From Rhynchobatus australiae (lineage: Eukaryota), in assembly GCA_034780895.1 (NCBI GenBank), contig JAUZTB010000063.1:19325015-19389014 (forward strand): a DNA stretch of 64,000 nt, given 5' to 3'. Positions 39,570 through 50,285 of this stretch are shown here, in pieces. The notes under the pieces were generated by a model. That model did not search any database. It was given only the letters and a program-made list of their open reading frames with translations, and was not told the origin of the DNA. The stretch's first letter is position 1; each line of letters starts with the position of its first letter. The translations under genes and the position numbers were made by a program.

Positions 39570-41460
39570 CTAAGAGTAGGCTAATCAGCCACACATGACT
39601 GTTCCACCATTCAGTGAGATCGTGGTTGATCTAGCTATAACCTGAACTCATTTCTATCCACCAGCAGTAACTTTTTACCCCCTTATCAAGCATCAATCTA
39701 CCTTTTGCATATTTAAAAAAAGTCTCTGCTTCTTTCTCCCATTTGAGAAAGTGAGCTCCAGAAACACGACACAGAAAAATTTGCTTTATATCTTGAATGA
39801 GCAATGCCTTTTAAAGTAGTGACACTATTCCATGCCCTCCCTTGCTTGCTTCTGGTTTCTCCCATGTCCATCCTGTCAAGGTGCCTCAGAATTATGTGCC
39901 TTCTCGGTCTTCTAAACACTAATGGACATAAGTCATTCAAACTTTTCTCAAAAGACACCTGCCCATCAGTTTTCTGTCAAGTAAACATTGTGTGCACTGC
40001 TCCCACACTAGCATCCTTCCTTTTAATATCTTCCATGTACTCCAAATGTTCTTCCCAAATACCTTGTATAACTGTAGTATAACCTTTCCTACTTCTGCCT
40101 ATTGATAAAGGAATAGCTTTTTTAATTTCTAACCAGGGTCTGAAATGCACTGTAAGGGTAGTCATTTGAGGCAGAATCAATTGTAACATTCAACAAAGTG
40201 TTGGCTAGGTATCTGAAAGAAGAGTTTGCAGATTTCTGGGGAATGGAAATGGGTGGATTGTTCAACTACAGACTCAGTGGGCCAGATGGTCACNNNNNNN
40301 NNNNNNNNNNNNNNNNNNNNNNNNNNNNNNNNNNNNNNNNNNNNNNNNNNNNNNNNNNNNNNNNNNNNNNNNNNNNNNNNNNNNNNNNNNNNNNNNNNNN
40401 NNNNNNNNNNNNNNNNNNNNNNNNNNNNNNNNNNNNNNNNNNNNNNNNNNNNNNNNNNNNNNNNNNNNNNNNNNNNNNNNNNNNNNNNNNNNNNNNNNNN
40501 NNNNNNNNNNNNNNNNNNNNNNNNNNNNNNNNNNNNNNNNNNNNNNNNNNNNNNNNNNNNNNNNNNNNNNNNNNNNNNNNNNNNNNNNNNNNNNNNNNNN
40601 NNNNNNNNNNNNNNNNNNNNNNNNNNNNNNNNNNNNNNNNNNNNNNNNNNNNNNNNNNNNNNNNNNNNNNNNNNNNNNNNNNNNNNNNNNNNNNNNNNNN
40701 NNNNNNNNNNNNNNNNNNNNNNNNNNNNNNNNNNNNNNNNNNNNNNNNNNNNNNNNNNNNNNNNNNNNNNNNNNNNNNNNNNNNNNNNNNNNNNNNNNNN
40801 NNNNNNNNNNNNNNNNNNNNNNNNNNNNNNNNNNNNNNNNNNNNNNNNNNNNNNNNNNNNNNNNNNNNNNNNNNNNNNNNNNNNNNNNNNNNNNGATTGT
40901 AGTCTTGAATATACTCTATGACTGAATAGCTACAATTCCCTGATGTAGGGAACTCTGATATGCAAATCTCGTGTCAGTCCTAAGTGGTGAAATCTTTATC
41001 CTGAGACAATGCCCTCTAATTATAGAATCCCAGCTAAAGGTAAATATCTCAGCATCTATTCTGCAAGTCCTGCTTGAAACCTTGTATGTCTCAATGATAT
41101 AATATGTAAGTCAGCTAAAGTATAGTGAATGAACACTAAACTCATTCTCCTCATCAGGCACACTCCTCATTTCAGGAATCTACCTGGAGAGTTGAGACAG
41201 GTATATCCACAGGTTTAGGAGAACAATATTCCATACTGAGCTCCAAATGAAGTCGTGCCTAAGCCCTGTGCAGTCTCAGCAAGATTTCCTTATTCTTGTA
41301 CTCCAATCCCTATTCAACAAAGTCCAACAGACAATTTGTCTTCCTAATTGCTTGCTGAACTTGTGTTTACTTTTTTGCATCTCATGGACCAGTGCACCAG
41401 TTTTTCACCATTTAAGGAGTTTCCTGTTTTTGTGTTTGTCTGAGTCACCAATCTCATCCA
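39570..41460. mobile_element. Cluster of short CR1 3' fragments around a large N gap
   Basis: Tail gagtaggctaatcagcc at about 39573, RT-end remnants on the - strand, and a + strand tail at about 40190-40290. Confidence 0.55.
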
Positions 41461-41673
41461 ATATCCTTGTATTGGAGATATTTTCTTTACAGATTTGCCT
41501 GATTTTTTTTAAATCTGCTTTTCCCACAATTGTTTTGCTTTTCTGCACTACAAGTTGTTCCTCTCAAAGTGATTAATCTTGTCAGCTGCATTCATTTAAT
41601 TAGGTGACATAGTAATTTAAATAAATACTCTGTATAATAGAGCGGTTTCTCAAAACTGACCTTTGCTTTGCAG

Positions 41674-41970
41674 AGAAAAAGTGCAAAAGAGTGTGTAGCT
41701 CATGAGAGAGCATCTAAAGATCTTCAAAATGAAGAGGTTCAGAAAAGAATTTCAAATATCCCCAATACTGAGGAATATAGTGCAAGCGCTGAAGTGAACG
41801 TGCCAGATGCAAGCGCTGAAGTGAACGTGCCAGATGCAAGCGCTGAAGTGAACGTGCCAGATGAAGAACAAACAACATTTGTCAAATCAACAACTGACAT
41901 ACATTCTTTAATTCTGGATTTTAGTCCAGTCAATTTTGTAGATACTGTTGGAACAAAGGGACTTAAAATG
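41674..41970 (+). CDS. SLC26A5: SLC26A5 coding exon 16 (IVS loop plus STAS core)
   Basis: ttgcag|RKSAKEC...(ASAEVNVPD)x3...[25 protein letters not shown]|gtaagt; 297 nt; STAS motif ILDF..VNF.D..G. Confidence 0.95.
41781..41863 (+). repeat. Coding minisatellite, 27-bp unit x3 (+2 nt)
   Basis: tgcaagcgctgaagtgaacgtgccaga repeated identically at 41781, 41808 and 41835. Confidence 0.98.
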
Positions 41971-42639
41971 GTAAGTATTAATAACTTCGCTTCAACTTGT
42001 GCTAATATTCCTTGGGATAGGGGAATTCTATTTGTACCTAATTCTAGTTGACCTCCCTGTGGAGAGCACATTAAAACAAAATGATTTAAATTGCTTGCCT
42101 TTGGTCCACAATTGTGCACATCTTCAAGATCGTCAATATTCAAGCAGAGTAGGAAATCGTGTTAGTCTTTGGTGTGTTAAGCGGGTTTTGGTACTTCCTA
42201 TATTAATAACAGGAGAGAAATGCATAAATATATTGCAATCCCAATTAACAAGATATATTTAAAACCTAGAGAAAATCTTGGAATTTAATTGTATGCACTA
42301 AAAATACATGCTTTCCTGAATTCTGTGAACCTGCTCACTTAGTCTGATGGTCTTTGTTCTTTTTCTCACTTTCATATTCCTGCAATGGCTTATAGCTGTT
42401 GTGAAAGCATGACTTTTGTATCATAGGGTGCAATGGATGGGATTCCATCTTGGTGTGGCTTTTGCTAACCAAAGATCATCAGCTATTTTCGGAAACAATA
42501 AACCCCTTCAGATTTAGTTTTTTCCCTACAGAGTCATGCAAGACACAACTCCAAGAAGTAAAGAATTGCAAGTGATGAAAGTGAACAGAAAAAAGCTGGA
42601 AATATTCAGTTAAACTAAACGAGGGGGTTGTTCTGATGA

Positions 42640-44500
42640 GAAATTAGAGTTTGAGGACAAAGCCAAGGTGCAGATTACTAAAATGGGTAATGGTAACCAG
42701 GGTCTCTGAAGAAAGCACAGTGCTTATAAATGTAAGAGAATATCTCCAATTAGAATCAGTAGAGAAAATGGCACAGGCAAAGTTTGAAGGCTCTTCATCT
42801 GAATGCATAAAATATTTGTAACATGGTAGGTGAAGAAGAATAAATGAATACTTTCTAGTGATTGTTTCAGAGGCCTGGATGCAATGTGACCAATGATGGA
42901 ACTAAATATTCCAGGGTGTTTCCTTTTTAAAGAAAGGCAGAGTGGAAAAGGAGATGAGCCATTGATTTTAGCCTCTCGCACCTGGTTCCTTTGGCCTGTC
43001 ATCCCTACCTCATCTGGTTCTACTTGCCACCTTCCTTATCACATTCCAGAATCTGTAGCCCTCTGTATTCTATTTCCATGGAGCAGGCTCGATGGGCTGA
43101 ATGGCCTTCTGCTCCCTTATCTTGTGATCTTATCACCTTCCAGCCTCTGACTCTACCTACACTTCCACCCCCCAACGTGATGCTCTCTGCCCATCATCCC
43201 CTCCTCATCTGGTCCCACCTATTGCCTTGCAACTCCTGTCTCACCCCTCCCCTCTACATTCTCAGTCCTGATGCAGGGTCTCAACCCAAAATGTCAGCTA
43301 TCCCTCTATCTCCACAGATGCTGCCTGATCTGCCCCAGCAATCTATTCCCATAGCAGTCTGGAATACATCTCAGGCCCTGTGATTTGTACACTTTTAAGT
43401 TGGCTAAAACACCTAATAACTTTCACCATATCTAATGTTCTAGAATTTCACCCACCCTTTGAACTCTCCCACAACAGTGTCCCTCTCCTTTGATTACATT
43501 TAGGACCTTGCCTATATCTTCTTACTTCATACACAGANNNNNNNNNNNNNNNNNNNNNNNNNNNNNNNNNNNNNNNNNNNNNNNNNNNNNNNNNNNNNNN
43601 NNNNNNNNNNNNNNNNNNNNNNNNNNNNNNNNNNNNNNNNNNNNNNNNNNNNNNNNNNNNNNNNNNNNNNNNNNNNNNNNNNNNNNNNNNNNNNNNNNNN
43701 NNNNNNNNNNNNNNNNNNNNNNNNNNNNNNNNNNNNNNNNNNNNNNNNNNNNNNNNNNNNNNNNNNNNNNNNNNNNNNNNNNNNNNNNNNNNNNNNNNNN
43801 NNNNNNNNNNNNNNNNNNNNNNNNNNNNNNNNNNNNNNNNNNNNNNNNNNNNNNNNNNNNNNNNNNNNNNNNNNNNNNNNNNNNNNNNNNNNNNNNNNNN
43901 NNNNNNNNNNNNNNNNNNNNNNNNNNNNNNNNNNNNNNNNNNNNNNNNNNNNNNNNNNNNNNNNNNNNNNNNNNNNNNNNNNNNNNNNNNNNNNNNNNNN
44001 NNNNNNNNNNNNNNNNNNNNNNNNNNNNNNNNAGGTGCTGGGGAGTAGGTACAGAGGAGATGTCAGGGGTAAGTTTTTTTTACTCAGTGGTGAGTGTGTG
44101 GAATGGGCTGCCGGCAATGGTGGTGGAGGCGTGTACGATAGGGTCTTTTAAGAGACCTTTGGATAGGTATGTGGAGCTGAGGAAAAATGGAGGGCTATGG
44201 ATAAGCCTAGTAATTTCTAAGGTAGGGACATGTTTGGCACAACTTTGTGGGCCGAAAGGCCTGTGTGTGCTGTAGGTTTTCAGTGTTCTGTTTTTCTTAC
44301 CTACTCATGCTTAGGCTGCAGTAACAGAACAACCTCTAAATGTGCTACCCATGAAGCTCTTGGCCTCACAGATGGACCATAGTGACTCCAACCACTCCTC
44401 CAGCTCTGAATCACGGAGCTCAAACTGCTGCAGCTGGAAACAGTTCTTGCATAAGTGATTCAGGATGTGTATTTCACTCAGCTGAGTAGACCTGCCAAGC
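42640..44500. mobile_element. Nested fragments: CR1 APE (+, about 42640-42960), Penelope end (+, about 43130-43335), CR1 3' end (+, 44033-44295), CR1 ORF1 N-terminus (-, about 44310-44480)
   Basis: ELNIPGCFLF..RQSGKG; ctgatgcagggtctcaacccaaaatgtc; VVSVWNGLPAMVVEA; HLCKNCFQLQQFELRDSELEEWLESLWSI (CR1 ORF1 zinc-finger/zipper-like). Confidence 0.7.
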
Positions 44501-44885
44501 CTTGCCTTCACTAATAACTCAAGCTATAGGAATATTGGAAAAGATTTGTTATCCACCTACATGACTTGCACCGTTCTTACACTATTAGAACAAAAGCAAA
44601 TGTTGAGGTTTTCTCACAGATCTTACTTGAAGCCCACACTCTTGAGAACTACCATGTCCAGATCACATTAGTCTTTGAACCTCCCTCAAATCCCAAACGC
44701 CACTAGGTGAGTTTCAGTGGTGAGATTGATCTCTCTGGCAAGATACTTGGATAATTGTGGTAAGCCGGAGGCAAAGTCTAAGCTGAGAACATTTTTTAAA
44801 GTTTTATTCAACAGATTAGACCAGAAAACTCGGGCTTGTATTTGTGCCTAACTGACATTGTTTCCGTTTAATGTGACATTTTCAG

Positions 44886-44940
44886 ATGCTTGGGAAATAT
44901 GAAGAAATTGGAATTAATGTCTTCATAGCTGGGTGTAATG
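44886..44940 (+). CDS. SLC26A5: SLC26A5 coding exon 17
   Basis: tttcag|MLGKYEEIGINVFIAGCN-G|gtaggt; 55 nt. Confidence 0.94.
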
Positions 44941-45059
44941 GTAGGTATAATGTCATTTGGAATTATAGTTGGAATGCCATCCTCTTGTGAGAATATGAAA
45001 TAGATTTTGGTTCCTAGCCTCTGGTTTTCTTATCAATCTCGTTTGAATATACTCTAACT

Positions 45060-45930
45060 GAACTACCACCATTCTCTTGGACAGATTCTATATGAAGTGT
45101 TTTTTTTCTTGTTTCAGTCTTGAATAGTCAGCCCCTTATTTTAAAACTGATCCTGGTTGTAGATTCCTTACCAGAGGAAACCTAACCCCTGCATGTATCC
45201 TGTTGAGCCTCATTTTTTTTTAAAAAAAAGGTTTCAATGAGGTCATATCTCATTTTTGTAATTTAGAGCTTTGGCCAAATCTTAATTTCCCAAATCCCAG
45301 GATCAGTCAGGCAAATCGACATTGAACTTCTATCACAAGTATATTCTTTAAGTAGGAACACTGAATCTGCACACACTGTATTCTAAATTTTGTCTCGCCA
45401 GGATTCTGTACAAATGGAGAAAGATGTATCCATTCTTGTACTCAAATCCCCTTGCAATAAAGGGCATTATTCTGTTTATACAAATGCAAGCAATTAGGAA
45501 GGTAGAGTTCTGGTGATTGACAGAGTTGGCCAGTGAATTATGAAAATGATACATGATCTCATTTGAAACTTTTTGTTTCCAATGGGGCTTGACAGGAAAG
45601 ATACTGAGGTGCCATTTCCCCTGGCAAGAGTGGTGGGGTCACAGTTTCAAAGTAAAGGGTCAACTATTCATGACTGAAACAAAATAGTTCTTCACAAAGC
45701 AAGTGAACCTTTTGAATACTCTATCCAAGAGGACTGTTATAGTACATTAACTTTCAATAATCTATGTACAAGGACACCCAGATCCCCTTCAATGCCAATA
45801 CTTTTCAATTTCTCACCATTTTAAAATACTGCTTTTTTTTTGTTTCATCTACCAAACTGGATGACCTCACATCTTTCCACATTGTATTCTATCTGCTGTA
45901 TCATTGCACATTCACTTAGGCTGATGTCTC
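45060..45930. mobile_element. Nested CR1 fragments in both orientations
   Basis: MPFIARGFEYKNGYIFLHLYRILAR (-), with a + strand 3' piece at about 45500-45735. Confidence 0.65.
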
Positions 45931-46239
45931 TGCTCGTCCTCATTACATCAGAAAACAAATTAGGAAGTTTATAATTTATTAGCATTTATGAAAAAGCAGC
46001 AGATATCATTGAAGCTTGGTGCCATTCAAGTGGCATTGCATGTCAAACAATTTGGATGAAATTTGAATTAAAGGCTTACTGATAATTGGACTTGAAGATA
46101 AAGGTTTTTATGCAACATGTCCATTCTGCTTACAAATTGCCTTATGTTTATTTCTCCATATTACAAGGTGTTTGCTGAATCTAAAATATAAGATTTTTTT
46201 TTAAAAAGACCTGTCAAATGTTTTGTTTTTTATTGGCAG

Positions 46240-46367
46240 GGTCCGTAATAACAGATCTGGATAGACAGGAATTCTTTGATGGCTCGATTACAAGAGATCT
46301 TCTGTTTCGTACTGTACATGATGCTGTGCTTCATTGTCAATATAAAGCTGCTTCTGAATCACTATAG
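46240..46367 (+). CDS. SLC26A5: SLC26A5 last coding exon
   Basis: tggcag|GG-SVITDLDRQEFFDGSITRDLLFRTVHDAVLHCQYKAASESL*; F.TVHDAVL STAS end motif; TAG at 46365-46367. Confidence 0.95.
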
Positions 46368-46725
46368 AAGAGTCCTTTTACTGCAGTTGGCTGTCTTAAT
46401 GAAATTTGCAGTACATGGAGCAGACATCATCTGGCAACTTGAAAAATTGTCACTCCAGAAAAAGCTAGTTATTTTCAGGTAACCATTCAACTATAATGAC
46501 AGCAAAATTACACCATTAAGACTAGTTAAAGCATTTGTGATCTATTTATGAGCTCTAATTTCAATATGATGTAGATTTGGGATTGAGAAATTTCTGCACT
46601 GGTGGCTAACTTTGAAGGTGCTTTCATCTATTTATAAACTTTAAACATATATAAAGTTTCTCACTTTAATTATTTTTCTCTATTCTTGTTCATGAGTTTT
46701 GCTTCCATGTAGATGAGCTGAGCAG

Positions 46726-46731
46726 AATAAA
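46726..46731 (+). terminator. Candidate polyadenylation signal for SLC26A5
   Basis: First AATAAA I noticed after the stop, about 360 nt downstream; a more distal site is equally possible. Confidence 0.3.
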
Positions 46732-49639
46732 TGGCCTTCTCACAGAACAAATGATCTACTTCCACCTCCATCCATGCCTCTGTCAGCATATGGAGAGTCA
46801 AGTAGAAACAGTATTCTCAATTGTGCTTGCCATGCTAGAGGACAGGGTTTTACTATTAATACAGTTTGAAACCATGCATATTTGATTATTGACCTTCATA
46901 AACATTTCAGATGGTGAAATATAAATGTATACTTTTTAAGCATTTGATTAATGACATTGACCATTATTGCTGTGTCTTTTGAATTCTTCATCGTAATCAA
47001 GAAGAGTGTTCTGAAAAGTAATTCCCAATATAATTCTGGTCAGCACTGTGTGTGTAAAATATATTTAATATGTCATGTCATTGTTCTGTTTTGTGGAGTT
47101 GTTACTAATCAAAACCTGGAATTATTTACCTGATTATATATTTTCTCCTTTACATGCTATCTTTGTACATCACATCTGATCAACAGATTAAGCCAGAGTT
47201 TGTTCCCTGGCTTCTGCCTACCCTTCCTGGTCATGTACTGCTGAATTTCTCATTACTTTCAATCCCTTTTTAATTTGAAGTGCTTTCATTGAATCTATTT
47301 TTGGACGGTAGAAGTAAGACTGACTTTTCTAGTCTTACAATTCAATTGAGGTTGAAGTCAGCTGCACTACAACTCTGCCTGTCCTACTTGAAGTCGGGTA
47401 ACCCGCTTGATTTGTTTAAATGTGAACCTTTTCTTCCCCCATTGAGACTCCGTAAACTGCAATTTCAGGAAACTGCTCTATAGATGGCACTAAATGTATC
47501 ATTGTGATAATGTAAATAAGTATTTTTTTAAATTATGAACCTTGCCAAAATCTCTATTTTGATAGTTTTTAATCATAAAACCTGGTTTTTCATTACTCAG
47601 AAGTGACCATTAGTTTTTGATGTTTTGAAGGTCACTTTTTGCACAACCTAAGTTAGTAGCACAGTATAAATGATACAAACTGTTACACTGATTTTGGGAT
47701 ACAGATACAACCAAAAAATTACTAAAATGGTGGTAGGAATGTATGGGTGTTCTGCATACTGATGGGCAGATGCCCAAAAGTACTGTTAATTAGGGCTGGT
47801 TTGCATTCTGTGCTTGTTCATTGTGCAAAAATATCTTAAGCAAACTACTTCACTCTTGCTGTTCCCAGCTTCTGTTCTGTTCCACTTTGCACAAAAAGAG
47901 AAAAACTTTCCCTGTGCACACGATGCACATGTTCACCTGACTGTAATTTACTGAGATTTGGAATGGTTTTGTTGTTTTTGTGTGTGGAAGAGTTGTACAC
48001 AATGCACTGCATTGATGGTAATGTGTTGGATCCATTGCTCAAAATTTGTATTTTTGTTTGAAATGATGACTTGAGTAAATATGAGAATGACTCAAGTTGA
48101 ATGATATTGTCTTTTGAAACCAGTTATTTTAAATAGTCAATGTAAGGTTTTGTCATTTGTCAGACTAAGAAGGGCCAGAAATTCAATATGACATTTGCAT
48201 CTGACCAAAGGAATTGGCTTCTGTCACATAGGGGGATCTCAAAATGAAGGAAAGGTCAAGTTTTTATTCCCTTGGAAAATGGAAGCAATCTTGGAGCATC
48301 ACTGAGGAAGAGATTCCTCCAGCAATCTGGAACAGCAACAAACTCCCTGACACTGTTTTTAAACATCCTAGACATCTTGCACTCAGAATGATCAGGTTTA
48401 ACATGTTTTTGCAGTAGTGGTGTTTCGATACATTCACCATCTGAATCCACCTGGAATTGTGTATAAAGTACAATCTTAGTTTGCCTTAAAAGTGGATATT
48501 AAACTAAACATCCACATTGAAGATCTTGCTCTTCCTTAGTTTGCAAGCTTATGACTTTTCCATTGTACCAATGGCAATGACTCCATTTTAACAATTCTGG
48601 AACTGTTCTGTTTTGTGTTGTGTTCTGATTACTGAACATATTACACTATAAAATACAGAACAAATTGCTGATACAAGGGCATAAATTGAACTCTAAGGCT
48701 GCTATTTTGGATTTTATATCAATCAATTCTTGAATACAAATGTAAATGAAAATTTCATTGCAATTTAATGTTATTTGAAATGTATTTTTCTACTATATAT
48801 TAAAATGTATTGCAAGTTGTTCTTTCTGTGTGACTTATTTAGTGATGGTTTTTGTTTTGCTTGAATTTACTGCTTCTGGTTATCCATAATTTTTGTTTAA
48901 TGAAACTTGTTCTATTCCAGTAGGCTGATGGGAAAAACTGAAGCTTGTGTGTCTTATTTAAATCGTAGAATTGTAGAAACGTACAGCACAAACAGGCCCT
49001 TTTGGCCCATCTTGTCCTTGCCAACCTTGATGCCTATCTGCACAATTTCCATTTGCCTCCATTGGGTCCTTACCCCTCCATCCTTTTCCTATCCAAGTAC
49101 CTGCCCAAACAACTTTTTAAATGTTGTAATTATATCTGCTGCCTCCACATCTGGCAGCTTGTTCCAAATTTGTAGCTCTAAATGTTCTTTAGTACAATGG
49201 AGTTGAGTGGGAGAAGAGAAAGGGTAGTGGGAGTGAATTATTTCTATTCCTATTGAGGTTGAAGGAGTGTTTTTAGCTTTTTTAAAAAAAAACTTGATGT
49301 TTTGATAGCATCTATATAGTAAGTTTTTTTTTGCTGGTAAGGTGATGAACCAAGATCATCAATATAAGAATGTCCCCAAGAAATCAAATGGAGAATTCAG
49401 AAGAAATTCTTCACCTGATGAGTGGGATTATTGAATTCAAGATCACAGGGATTGGTGGAAGTGATTTGTACAGATGCAGTTAAAGGGAGGATGGAAATAG
49501 TAACCATCAGAGAGAAGGGAATAAGATAATATGCTGAAATTTAAACAAAATTGGAAGGATTATTCACAGAAATATCCCATACTGTTAGTCAATAATTTAG
49601 TAATTCTCTTCCCTCTTTTGAACACATTAGGCTCCATTA

Positions 49640-50285
49640 TAAACATGCAAGAAATTCTGCAGATGCTGGAATCTGGAGCAATACACAAAAAATGCTGGAG
49701 GAACTCAGCAGGTCAGGCAGCATCCATGGAGGGAANNNNNNNNNNNNNNNNNNNNNNACTGGAAAGGAAGAGGGCAGAAGCCAGCAGAATAAGAAGGTGG
49801 GGGGGGGGGGGGAGAGGAGCACATGCAGGCAGGTGATGGGTGAGTCCCGGTGAGGGGAGGAAGGAGGTTGATGGGGTAGGGGAGGAAGATGTAATAAGGT
49901 GATGGGAAGAAGAGGCAAAGGGCTGAAGAAAAAGGAATCCAGTAGGAGAGAGCAGTGGACCATGGAATAAAGGATGGGGAGGTGATGGGCAGGTCATCAA
50001 GGTAAGGGAAGGGAGCCACAGGAATAAGAAGATGGGGGTGGGGTTCCTGGAAGTTCAAGAAATCTATATTGAGGCCATCAAGTTGGAGAATCCCAAGTAG
50101 AATGAGGTGTTCCTCCAACCTGCAGCTGGCCTCAATGTGGCAGTAGAGGAGGCCATGGAGAGACACCAGTATGGGAGCGGTATGTGGAATTGAAGGGGGT
50201 GGCCACCAGGAGGTCCTGACTGTTGCGGCGGATGGAGCAAAGGTGCCTGAAGCAGTCGATCACAAAGTGGTATGAAGCGGTAAGG
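49640..50285 (-). mobile_element. Penelope-like element 3' part
   Basis: Terminal tgctggaggaactcagcaggtcaggcagcatc; - strand LVATPFNS..SHT, GLLYCHIEASCRLEEHLI..LG.LQ.DGLNIDF (end of a GIY-YIG ORF). Confidence 0.85.

Noticed and set aside
40198-40921. Long ORFs in the track across N gaps (also about 12000, 35000, 43500, 52100, 59700)
   Set aside because: They are open only because Ns translate to X.
41781-41863. Regular repeats as a possible CRISPR-like array
   Set aside because: There are no spacers; it is a head-to-tail coding minisatellite in a eukaryotic exon.
41739-42143. 134-aa antisense ORF with SGTFTSALA repeats
   Set aside because: It is the mirror of the prestin exon 16 repeat, with no independent support.
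46350-46367. C-terminal SESL as a class I PDZ ligand like those of some other SLC26 members
   Set aside because: Position -2 is Glu, not Ser/Thr, so it does not fit class I.
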